Source: Malacoraja senta
Lineage: Eukaryota
Direction of reading: 5' to 3'
Assembly (NCBI GenBank): GCA_038087875.1
Contig: CM075978.1
Coordinates: forward strand, 183,024,001-183,088,000
DNA: 64,000 nt
Shown here: positions 49,301 through 60,344 of the stretch, piece after piece
Numbering within the stretch: the first letter of the stretch is position 1
How the letters are laid out: every line of letters begins with the position of its first letter
Made by a program: the position numbers and the translations under genes
Notes under the pieces: model-generated
Seen by the model: only the letters and a program-made list of their open reading frames with translations
The model's database searches: none
What the model was told of the DNA's origin: nothing

Positions 49301-49502
49301 TTTGTGTCTGATGGTCGTGCAGTGGTTGTTATCCATGTTCGTTTTGTAAAAAAATCCGTATGGCGAATGTTTAAAAAAAAATCTTTATTTAACAAAGCGA
49401 ATTTGTATTTCCGTATGAAATACGGAAAATTAACGCGGGGCCCCCCTTAGACGCGGGGCCCAATTGGGAGAAATCGGTCCAATCGGCATAAGGCCAGCCG
49501 TG
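46353..49502. mobile_element. 3.15-kb non-autonomous hAT-type element rich in internal inverted repeats
   Basis: 8-bp TSD ccaccagg at 46345-46352 and 49503-49510; imperfect TIR CAGGGCCAGCCTTA / CACGGCTGGCCTTA; no transposase ORF seen. Confidence 0.8.
49071..49237. repeat. 70-bp inverted repeat with 27-nt loop
   Basis: Arms 49071-49140 and 49168-49237 match at about 68/70. Confidence 0.85.
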
Positions 49503-51081
49503 CCACCAGGAGGTGATGGAAATCTGTCGTCCAGTGGCTTGCTAGCTCTGTGGTGAGGCTGGACTCTCACAGAGACGACAAGGTCCCTCCTGAGGGGCAT
49601 TACTAAAAGAGTAAAAAACATACAAACCTTAACTTTTCTGAAAACATACAATTATTCCAGGCTGCTTATACTGATATCATCAATTCAAATGAAAGTATCT
49701 TCAATTGAGTATAGTTCTCAAATAATCCTGAAGGCACCTGAGATGTGGGTTACTAATCCAGGCTGTTGGATTATTCACCCACTTAATGCTTGCATAGGGG
49801 CTTCAGAAATCAACAGGAGTAATCATGACTCCACTTGTGACCTTCAGAGCTTGCTTTTTCTGTGATTGGGAATAGATTTGGTGGCCACGTTTACGATGCT
49901 AGGAGTGTCGAAACTTAATGGGCCAAATAAGTCATAGATTACATGTGTGTAACAAAGTGTGAACGAAACACGGTGGAAGAGAAACCCATTGCTGATTTCC
50001 TGTGCAGAATGCACAAGAGAAAGCATTTGTCTACCTTCGATTTTTCCAGCATCTGCAGTTCTTTCTTAAACAGAGAATACCAATGATCACCGGTCGTGAT
50101 ATAGTCATAATGTAGTCCAAAGTCTGCATCATTCAGCTGATTTTCCAAACTTATGACCTCATGCCATTACTGTTATCGGTGACTTGAACAGCCCTCTTAT
50201 AATCCAAGGGGTGTATTCCCGTTCTTCCAAACTCCCTCGTTGTGGCCCCTTTTCTTTTATTTAGATTTTCTCTGTTGCGTTGACACTATATTTTGCATTC
50301 CATTTCCATTCTCCTTTCATCTGTTATATGTGTTCAAGGTTTGATTGTAAACATGCATGGATGATTTGCCTGCCGGGCACAAAAACAAATTTTATCACTG
50401 AGATGTGTGATACTAATCAAATAACATCAATACCTATTTCCCTATCACCCATTTCCTTTCACTTGCCCAGCAACTGCTCCAGTCCCATACACCACACCAC
50501 TGAAAAAGTTACTTTTATAACAACTAAACAGGTTCGCTTCCCTCTATGGCTATAATGTCCTTCCTCAGATTTGGAGACCAAAACTGTACGCAATACTCCA
50601 GGTGTGGTCTCACCAAGACCCTGTACAACTGCAGTAGAACCTCCCTGCTCCTATACTCAAATCCTCTTGCTATGAAGGCCAACATACCATTCGCTTTCTT
50701 CACTGCCTGCTGCACCTGCATGCCTACTTTCAATGACTGGTGTACCATGACACCCAGGTCTCGCTGCATCTCCCCATTTCCTAATCGGCCACCATTTAGA
50801 TAATAGTCTGCCTTCCCGTTTTTGCCACCAAAGTGGATAACCTCACATTTATCCACATTATACTGCATCTGCCAAACATTTGCCCACTCCCCCAGCCCAT
50901 CCAAGTTACCTTGCAGTCACCTAGCATCCTCCTCACAGCTAACACTGCCCCCCAGCTTAGTGTCATCCGCAAACTTGGAGATGTTGCATTCAATTCCCTC
51001 GTCCAGATCATAAATATAAATTGTAAATAGCTGGGGTCCCAGCACTGAGCCTTGTGGTACCCCACTAGTCACTGCCTGCCA

Positions 51082-51440
51082 GGACGACAGATGGCGCAAT
51101 GGGCTAAGTGTTCGGCTGGCAACAGGAAGGTAGCCGGTTCGAATCCCGCTTGGAGTGCATACTGTCGTTGTGTCCTTGGGCAAGACACTTCACCCACCTT
51201 TGCCTGCGTGTGAATGTGTGTGGATGCGTGTGAGTGATTGGTGGTGGTCGGAGGGGCCGTAGGCGCAGATTAGCAGCCACGCTTCCGTCAGTCTGCCCCA
51301 GGGCAGCTGTGGCTACAGAAGTAGCTCACCACCACCGAGTGTGACTGAGGAGTGAATGAATAATGCGATGTAAAGCGCCTTGGGTATTAGAAAGGCGCTA
51401 TATAAATCCAATCCATTATTATTATTATTATTATTATTAT
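51082..51440 (+). mobile_element. tRNA-derived V-SINE-like element with an L2-type 3' tail and (ATT)n, distinct from HE1
   Basis: A box TGGCGCAATGGG, B box GGTTCGAATCC, core GTTGTGTCCTTGGGCAAGACACTT, tail GTAAAGCGCCTTGG..AAAGGCGCTATATAAAT. Confidence 0.8.
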
Positions 51441-53607
51441 TGTGAAAAGGACCTGTTTATTCCTACTCTTTGCTTCCTGTTTGCCAGCCAGTTCTCTATC
51501 CACATCAATACTGAACCCCCAATACCGTGTGATTTAAGCTTGTATCCTAATCTCTTATGTGGTACCTTGTCGAAAGCCTTCTGAAAGTCCAGATACAACA
51601 CATCCACTGGTTCTCCCCTATCCACTCTACTAGTTACATCCTCGAAAAATTCTATAAGATTCGTCAGACACGATTTACCTTTCGTAAATCCATGCTGACT
51701 TTGTCCAATGATTTCACCACTTTCCAAATGTGCTGCTATCCCATCTTTAATAACTGACTCTAGCAGTTTCCCCACTACCGATGTTAGACTAACTGGTCTG
51801 TAATTCCCCGTTTTCTCTCTCCCTCGCTTCTTAAAAAGTGGGGTTACGTTTGCTACCCTCCAATCCTCAGGAACTACTCCAGAATCTAAAGAATTTTGAA
51901 AAATTATCACTAATGCATCCACTATTTCTGGAGCTACTTCCTTAAGTACTCTGGGATGCAGCCTATCCGGCCCTGGTGATTTATCGGCCTTTAATCCATT
52001 CAATTTACCCAATACCACTTCCCGACTAACCTGGATTTCACTCAGTTCCTCCATCTCCTTTGACCCGCGGCCCCCTGCTATTTCCGGCAAATTATTTATG
52101 TCTTCCTTAGTGAAGACGGAACCAAAGTAGTTATTCAATTGGTCCGCCATATCCTTGTTCCCCATGATCAATTCACCTGTTTCTGACTGCAAGGGACCTA
52201 CATTTGTTTTAACTAATCTCTTTCTCTTCACATATCTATAACAACTTTTGCAGTCAGTTTTTATGTTCCCTGCCAGTTTCCTTTCATAATCTATTTTCCC
52301 TTTCCTAATTAAGCCCTTTGTCCTCCTCTGCTGGTCTCTGAATTTCTCCCAGTCCTCTGGTATGCTGCTTTTTCTGGCTAATTTGTACGCAACATCTTTT
52401 GCTTTGATACTATCCCTGATTTCCCTTGTTATCCACGGATGCACTACCTTCCCTGATTTATTCTTTTGCCAAACTGGGATGAACATTTTTTGTAGTTCAT
52501 CCATGCAGTCTTTAAATGCCTTCCATTGCATATCCACCGTCAACCCTTTTAGAACTAATTGCCAGTCAATCTTGGCCAATTCACATCTCATATCCTCAAA
52601 GTTACCTTTCTTTAAGTTCAGAACCGTTGTTTCTGAATTAACAATGTCACTCTCCATCCTAATGAAGAACTCAACCATATTATGGTCACTCTTGCCCAAG
52701 GGGGCACGCACAACAAGTCTGCTAACTAACCCTTCCTCATTACTCAATACCCAGTCTAGAATAGCCTGCTCTCTCGTTGGTTCCTCTACATGTTGGTTTA
52801 GATAACCATCCCTCATACATTCCAAGAAATCCTCTTCCTCAGCACCCCTGCCAATTTGATTCACCCAATCTATATGTAGATTGAAGTCACCCATTATAAC
52901 TGTTTTGCCTTTGTTGCACGCATTTCTAATTTCCTGTTTGATGCCATCCCCAACTTCACTACTACTGCTAGGTGGCCTGTACACAACACCCACCAGCGTT
53001 TTCTGCCCCTTAGTATTTCGTAGCTCTACCCATACCGATTCCACATCCTCCAAGCTAATGTCCTTCCTTTCCACTGCGTTAATCTCCTCTCTAACCAGCA
53101 ACGCTACCCCACCTCCTTTTCCTTTCTCTCTATCCCTCCTGAATATTGAATATCCCTGGATGTTCAGCTCCCAGCCTTGGTCACCCTGGAGCCATGTCTC
53201 CGTGATCCCAACTATATCATAATCATTAATTGCTATCTGCACGTTCAACTCATCGACCTTATTACGAATGCTCCTTGCATTGAGACACAAAGCCTTCAGG
53301 CTTGTTTTTACAACGCTCTTACCCCTTATACAATTATGTTGGAAAGTGGCTCTTTTTGATTTTTGCCCTGGATTTGTCTGCCTGCCACTTTTACTTTTCA
53401 CCTTGCTACCTATTGCTTCCGCCCGCATTTTGCACCCCTCTGTTTCTCTGCTCACCCATTTAAGAACCCCACCACCTCTTATTCTCTGTTTATTATTGTT
53501 TTCTTCTTTCCCCCCTACATGTTGGGTCTGAGTGCTTTCCTTCTCTGCCTCCTGCCTCACTCACTGTCTAATAGCATTCTCTATTTGAGTCCCTCCCCCC
53601 AACCATT

Positions 53608-54042
53608 CTAGTTTAAAGTCTCCCCAGTAGCCTTTGCAGATCTCCCCGCCAGGATATCGGTCCCCCTCAGGTTCAAGTGCAACCCATCCTTTTTGTACAG
53701 GTCGTACCTTCCACAAAAGAGGTCCCAATGATCCAGAAATTTGAATCCCTGCCTTCTGCACCAGTCCTTCAGCCACGCATTTATCCTCCACCTCGCTCCA
53801 TTCCTACTCTCACTGTCGCGTGGCACAGGCAGTAATCCCGAGATTGTTACCTTCGCTGTCCTTCTCTTTAACTCCCCTCCTAACTCCCTAAATTCTCCTT
53901 TCAGGACCTCTTCTCTTTTTTTACCTATGTCATTGGTACCTATATGTATCACGACTTCGGGCTCCTCTCCCTGCCCTTTCAGGATGTCTTGGACACGTTG
54001 AGACACATCACAGACCCTGGCACCAGGGAGGCAAACTACCAT
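53608..54042 (-). CDS. CR1 ORF1 SGNH/GDSL esterase-like domain (transposon protein)
   Basis: CLPGARV, VVIHIGTNDI and DGLHLN motifs directly upstream of ORF2. Confidence 0.85.
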   Translation of the reverse strand: MVVCLPGARVCDVSQRVQDILKGQGEEPEVVIHIGTNDIGKKREEVLKGEFRELGGELKRRTAKVTISGLLPVPRDSESRNGARWRINAWLKDWCRRQGFKFLDHWDLFCGRYDLYKKDGLHLNLRGTDILAGRSAKATGETLN

Positions 54043-54389
54043 CCGGGTCTCCCGACTGCGTCCACAGAATCGCCTGTCTGACCCCCTAACTATAGAGTCC
54101 CCTATTAATATTGCCCTCCTCTTCTTACCCTTCTGAGCAACAGGACCGGTCTTACATTGTGAACAGGGTGGAAATTAGTAGTAAATTTGCTGAAATCAGC
54201 AAGATCTTGATTAGTGAGTTGCCTTTATTACGACAGAATTACATTATTAAGACAGAATTACATTGTCTTATATCGTGTTGTTTTTGTCACCTTAGCACAT
54301 TCCACAAACATTAGTCATGGTCAGAGGTACAGGAAAAGGTTTCCACAGAATGCATCACATCAAAGGCCTTTTGTTTACATGGTACAAGA

Positions 54390-54640
54390 TATACTAAAAA
54401 CATTGGCCATTTGTTTTAGGTCATTTTATCTTAAAAGAGATCACCCTAGCTCTTTCGCTGCTTCCTCTCTGTCACTTGGTCCCTCATAAACATAGGCCAT
54501 TTGGTTCATGGCATCTTACTTCAAAGATGTGACTAGCTGTTTCTCTCTTCCTTTATCGCCTCCTCCCCCATAAACATTGGCCATTTGTTTTATGGCATCT
54601 TACTTCAAAGATGTGACTAGCTGTTTCTTTCTCTGTCACT
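54390..54640. repeat. ~85-bp tandem duplication (2 good copies and 1 degenerate)
   Basis: cataaacat(a/t)ggccatttg..tggcatcttacttcaaagatgtgactagctgtttct is repeated. Confidence 0.75.
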
Positions 54641-54794
54641 TCCTCACTTGGGAGACAATGTTATGGTATTTATTATCTCAATACCCCAAAACCTGAGGCA
54701 ACTTAACTTGCCTTTCTGTATTATTCTACTGGAGAAAAGCCTGATTTGAGACTAAATATAAGCTGTAAGCTTTTCTTATATTTTTAACATTATT

Positions 54795-56045
54795 CAGCTT
54801 TATCACCACCATCTCCCAAACCATCTCCAATCTCATCGCCACCAGCGATGTTCCCTCCACTGTCTCCAAACCTGTATTCCCAACCCTTACGCTGCCTGTT
54901 TCCATCTCTTTCCCAGAATTTACAAGGATTGTAGCCCTGGCAGACTCATCGTGTCGGCCTGCTTTTGCCACGCCATGTTCTTCTCCAAATATCTTGATTC
55001 CATCTTGTCTCCCCTTGTCCAGTCCCTTCTGACTTGCATCCAACAAAACTCACACAATCTACAACACTTGAACAGCTTTAAATTCCTAGGCCCCAAATAT
55101 CTCATCTTTACCATGGACGTTCACACCTCAATTCTGCTTCACGAACACCATGGCGCCCTTTGGGTCTTTCTTGGACAGAGACCCAATCATTTCTCCACAA
55201 TTAACATTCTCCATTGCCAGGCAGAATGTGTCCTCATCCTTAACAACCTCTTTTGACTCTTCTCGCTTTCTTCAATGGTGTAGTCATGGGCACGTGCATG
55301 GAACCCAGCTACGCCTGCCTTATTCTTGGTTACGCTGAATACTCCTTGTTCCAAACATATCCTGGTGCCATTCCCCAAATCATCACCAATTGCATCAGGT
55401 CTGGCAACTCACTAATCAAGATCTTGCTGATTTCAGCAATTTTACTACTAATTTCCACCCTGTTCTCAAATTAACTGGCAATATCGTTGACCCCTCTCCT
55501 TTCTCGATCTCTGTGTCTCCATCACAGTGGACATATTATGTACAGACATCTACAACAAACTTACTGACTCCCATTTACTTTGAGAACACCTCCTCTCACC
55601 CTGTCGCTTGCAAGGTCGCCATCCCTTATGCTCAATTTCTCCATCCCTGTTGCATCTGCTCCCATGATGAGACTTTCCTGTCTAAGACAAATGAGATGTC
55701 TCTTTCTTCAGGAAACGTGGTCTCCGCCCTGCTGTTGCGAATGGATCCCTCACCCATGTCTCCTCTGTGTCGTGCACTTCTGATCTCACTTCCCCTCCCC
55801 TCAGACGGAACAAGGATAGAGTTCCCCTGGTCCTCACCCTTCACATCAGCAGCCTCTGCACATGGCACATCATTTCCCGATATTTCCGTCTTTCTGGTCG
55901 CCGCTGGATTTTCAACATGTTGAAAATTTTCGTCGACCTGCAACGACCTATGACAGATGCAGGCAGTCGCCGAAAAAGTCGCGTAAGTGGGACAGGCCCA
56001 CGAGACTCCACAATCAGCAGTCCCTTGTGTCCCCAACTCACTGGG
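54795..56045 (+). mobile_element. Penelope-like element RT remnant (degraded)
   Basis: PGRLIVSAC, YLDSILSPLVQSL, IFTMDV, GVVMGTCMEPSYACL, TSSHPVACK-AIP(Y)AQF..CICS; these are PLE RT motifs. Confidence 0.85.
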
Positions 56046-56109
56046 ACATTTAAATTTAAAAAAATGTCAGAGTGTCAATAAGAGTAGTATCCAATCATTC
56101 TAGTTTTTT

Positions 56110-56392
56110 TAGTTTCGAGATACAGTGTGGAAATGGGCCCTTCAGCCCACTGAGTCCTCACCGACCGGTGATCACCCGCACACTAGTTCTACACTCTCCA
56201 CCAGGGGCAATTTACAGAAGCCAATTAAACTACAAACCTGCACATCTTTGGAATGTAGGAGGAAACCGAGTACCTGGAAGAAACCCAGGCAGTCACAGGG
56301 AGAACGTGCATACTCCGTAAAGACAGCACCCATGGTCAAGATCGAACCTGGGTCTCTGGAGCTGTAAGGTAGCAGCTGTGCCACTGTGTTAC
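56110..56392 (-). mobile_element. HE1-like SINE
   Basis: Standard head, core and tail. Confidence 0.85.
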
Positions 56393-56563
56393 CCTAACTA
56401 ATCTGGAAAACCTGGAATTCCAGAGGGGGTTGGATTATGGGAGTTTCATTGTCCCATTACAATGGATCGATAATGCAGGCATTGGTCAAGGCAAGGACAA
56501 GTGGTTCTTTCTAACACCATAATAAATGTTTGTTGGGAGAGTTCAAGATTTTTCACACAGAGG

Positions 56564-57202
56564 CAGGGGTGGAAAACCCGGGGGGGGGGGCAGAGGGGAC
56601 ACGTCCCCCCCCCATGTTTTGAGAGGTGGGGGACATCCCCCCCAAGTTTTTGTGATCCGTATTTTAAAATCTCCGCTTTCTGCGAGACAGTGGGGATGGG
56701 ACTGATGATCGACGACGCGATGATTGGAGGAGTGAGGGGTGGCGGGTGGGGGGTGGGGGGTGGGACTGAGGATAGAGCGCGGCGATTGGAGGAGGGAGAC
56801 GTGGCACAGACCTGCGCCTCATCCGCAGGCATGATCGATCCCGGCCGGGTCTCCGGCGCTGTCCCGAGTGCCCCCCCTCCAGAGAGGTCGGGAGTCAGAC
56901 GTGAGCTGTACCCCCAGGCCCACAGCCAGCACAGAGAAGCAGCGCTAATCCCAGCTCAACTCAGCTTGTCCCGCCAGGTGAACCTGCCTGGGCTTGCGGG
57001 AAATATGGCCAGCGCGGAGAAGCAGCGCTGGTGTCCCGTCAGTCCAGTCAGGGCTGTTGTTAACCCGGCGAGACAGGCAGAGTTGAGCTGCATTTAGCGC
57101 TGGATTGTGCCTCCGAAGCCTCGTGCGCGTGTGTGTGCGCATGCGCGCCAAAAAATGGTGTCCCCCGTCCCCTCCATGTTTTGATAGCAAGTTCCACTCT
57201 TG
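56564..57202. mobile_element. 639-bp non-autonomous hAT-type element
   Basis: 8-bp TSD cacagagg (56556-56563 and 57203-57210); ends CAGGGGTGGAA / TTCCACTCTTG; subterminal ggggacacgtcccc motifs. Confidence 0.85.
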
Positions 57203-57489
57203 CACAGAGGCAAGAAAATGGATTTGAGGTGCGTGTAATAAAGATTTAACTAACTGGCAATACAAATTCAAGAGGAAAAGTAACTTAACCTAGTTCTTTG
57301 TCAAATTGATGCCACATACATACAGTTTGTGTAACAATGCTGCACGCATATCCAGCAAGATTTGCATATTGCTTGGAAACTTAATTCCTAAATTGGAGTT
57401 TGCACATGCTCCCTGTGATCATTTGGGTTTCCTCCAGGTGCTCCAGTTTCCTCCACATCCCAAAGATATGAAAATTTGTAACTTTAGGG

Positions 57490-57795
57490 TGGCAGAGTAG
57501 CACAATTGATAGAGCTGCATCACGCAGCTCCCGAGACCCGGGTTCGATCCTGACCTCGGCTGCTGCCTGTGTGGTGTTTGCAATCTCCCTGTGACCACAT
57601 CGGGTGCTCCCGGTTTCTGCCCACACCCTAAAGTCATATGGCTTTGTTGGTTAACTGGCCTCTGCAAATTACCGCGAGTGCATAGGGAGTGGATGCGAAG
57701 GTGGGATAACGTAGAACTAGTGTGAACGGGTGATCGATGGTCGGTGTGGACTCAGTGGGCCGAAGGGCCTGTTTCCATGCTGTACCTTCCAATCA
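57490..57795 (+). mobile_element. HE1-like SINE (plus an upstream SINE fragment at about 57395-57470)
   Basis: cccgggttcgatcctgac B box and gggccgaagggcctgtttcc tail. Confidence 0.85.
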
Positions 57796-57890
57796 AGTGG
57801 CCAGTGTGAATTGCAGCTAGCATGTAGGTTAGTGGCAAAATCTGGAGAAAGTTGACGAGAAAGTGGGGAAAATGAGGTAACATTTGGCCC

Positions 57891-57988
57891 TTTGGCCCTT
57901 TGAGACCATGCTAACTGACAGAGCAATCCCATAACTTCATGGGAGAGTGGGATTGCTCTGTCAGTTAGCATGGTCTCAAAGGGCCAAA
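57891..57988. repeat. Perfect 41-bp-stem hairpin with 16-nt loop
   Basis: tttggccctttgagaccatgctaactgacagagcaatccca and its exact reverse complement at 57948-57988. Confidence 0.9.
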
Positions 57989-58469
57989 TGGCTTCCGTGT
58001 TTGCCTCTGGAAGTATGAAGCTTACAATGTTTAGTTAATATCCTGAACCAAACTTCAGTCATGCTTAATTGCACACTACAATTTGATCATTTTTGTTCAC
58101 AGTATAACTGAATTAAACAAGTACCTGTGGACAAAAGTAAATGAAACAATACTTTGTGTGTTGCCTGTTCAGTCCGTGGTTTCCTGGTCTCAGCACTACA
58201 GAAAGTTGGCTTTCTTCTGCTTTTAGTTTGAAGGTTTTCTCACCCAATCAGCTTGTCACGTTCACATTAAACATGATCAGCAGGTCCAACAATAAACAGA
58301 ACTAATTTCTGTTTCTACATCATTTGTTCCTGATGAAAAGAGAACTAGACTCATGGATAATCATGTATAACTGATCCACAGTAAGTAGCAGGACAGTATT
58401 ATTTTTCTTCATTTGCTAAGAAGTTTAATGTTTGGCCTCAGAATAAGTCCATGAGGGCATTACGTCAAT

Positions 58470-60325
58470 ACCTCAAACGTAAAAATCTAATTTTGAACAT
58501 TATGTCTTCCTCAACACACTTAACACCTTCTTCAACCGGTTTGAGGAAGACAACACCACCACACCAACAAAAGCCCCTCCCTGCCCAGATCATGAAACAC
58601 TTCACCTGGACCCAGCTGATGTGCAGAGGACCCTACTCAAGGTGAACCCCAGAAAAGCTGCAGGTCCTGACAACATACCGGGGCGTGTGCTCAGAGACTG
58701 TGCTGACCAACTCACAGATGTTCTCACGGACATCTACAACACCTCTCTGAGCCAAGCCATCATACCAGCATGCTTCAAAGCCACCACCATCATACCGCTA
58801 CCCAAGAAATACCCAGCCTCAACACTGAACGACTACCGGCCCATAGCACTCACGTCCATCATGATGAAGTGCTTTGAAAGGTTGGTCAAGGCCCACATAA
58901 CATCCAATCTCCCCTCTACACTTGACCCATTCCAGTTTGCATACCGTCCCAACCGTTCCACTGATGATGCCATAGCAACAGCACTCCACCTAAGCCTGGC
59001 TCATCTGGAAAACAATAACAGTTACGTGCGGTTGCTGTTCATCGATTTCAGCTCCACCTTCAACACAGTCATTCCCCAACACCTGGTGAATAAACTCGGC
59101 GAAATAGGCATCAGCACCCCACTATGCAACTGGTTACTGGACTTCCTCACCGACAGACCACAGACAGTAAGAGTTGGCAAAAACTCATCAGAGACCACCA
59201 TCATGAACACTGGGGTCCCACAGGGATGTGTGCTGAGCCCTCTGTTGTTCACGCTGATGACACATGACTGTTGTGCCAAACACAATTCGAACCACATCAT
59301 CAAGTTCGCAGATGACACAACAGTGGTGGGCCTCATCAGCCACGATGACGACTCAGCCTACAGAGAGGAGGTACAACAACTCATCAACTGGTGTGACATC
59401 AATAACCTTCAACTCAATGTCAATAAAACAAAAGAAATAACTGTGGACTTCAGGAAGAAACAGACAGCACACACCCCACTCACCATAAATGGCAGTGCAG
59501 TGGAGTCTGTGAAAAGCACCAAGTTCCTGGGAGTACACATCACAGATGATCAGACATGGTCCACCAACACCATCTCCCTAGTCAAGAAAGCACAGCAACG
59601 CCTCCACTTCCTTCGACGGATGAGGAGAGCCGACCTCCCCCCTTCTGCCCTCACCACTTTTTACAGAGGTGCCATTGAGAGCATTCTTACCAGCAGTCTC
59701 TCAGTCTGGTATGGCAGTTGCGCTGCTGCTGACCAGAAGGCCCTACAGAGAGTGGTGAGGACAGCGGAGAAGATCACTAGATCACCCCAACCAGCAATCC
59801 AAGACTTATACCCATCTCGCTGTCGCAAGAGAGCAACCAATATCATCAAAGACACCACCCACCCAGCACACAAAATGTTCACCCTCCTACCATCCGGCAA
59901 GCGCTACCGCAGCATGCGGAGCAAAACCACCAGATTCAAAAACAGATTTTTCCCTCAGGCCATCAGACTACTCAACACACTCAAGAAAATTCCATGAACA
60001 TTACACAAACAAAGACCAACTGACTGTCAAATTAACTTTTTAACTCAATGTCTGCAGTATGCTATTTGCACTTTTCTATATTGCACCTTTTATTATTGCA
60101 CCTTAATAACATACCTCAAAATTTTACTACACTCTGGCACACTGTGAATATTTTATATAATGTATATGTCCATTGTCTATCTTTATTGGTATATTGTCTG
60201 TCTGTGTTATAAATATTACTTGCACATTGGAGTATGGGGAAACGCAATTTCAATCCTCTGTGTAACTACTTGTTGCATTATTTGAATTGACAATAAAGTT
60301 TACTTTGACTACTTTACTTTACTTA
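58470..60325 (+). mobile_element. Rex1/Babar-clade LINE, 5'-truncated, with an open RT ORF (58621..59997, 458 aa)
   Basis: [51 protein letters not shown]; 3' UTR with caataaa and a (ttact)-like tail. Confidence 0.92.
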
Positions 60326-60344
60326 TGAGAGGACATTATGAATA

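Larger units (their letters stand above)
50532..54150 (-). mobile_element. CR1 LINE with ORF1 C-terminus and most of ORF2; 3' end missing; interrupted by a SINE
   Basis: ORF 51437..53560 has EN (LNARSI, ITETWL, GDFN, SDHN) and the RT start; the RT resumes at 51081. Confidence 0.95.

Noticed and set aside
49503-49602. Exon-like stretch MPLRRDLVVSVRVQPHHRASKPLDDRFPSPP after a strong acceptor
   Set aside because: It runs directly into the hAT insertion and then a SINE; no donor and no recognisable product.
51082-51150. tRNA gene
   Set aside because: The A and B boxes belong to a SINE head; no complete cloverleaf, and it continues into the SINE core and tail.
56501-57097. 198-aa plus-strand ORF
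   Set aside because: Lies within the GC-rich non-autonomous hAT element; low complexity and no transposase motifs.
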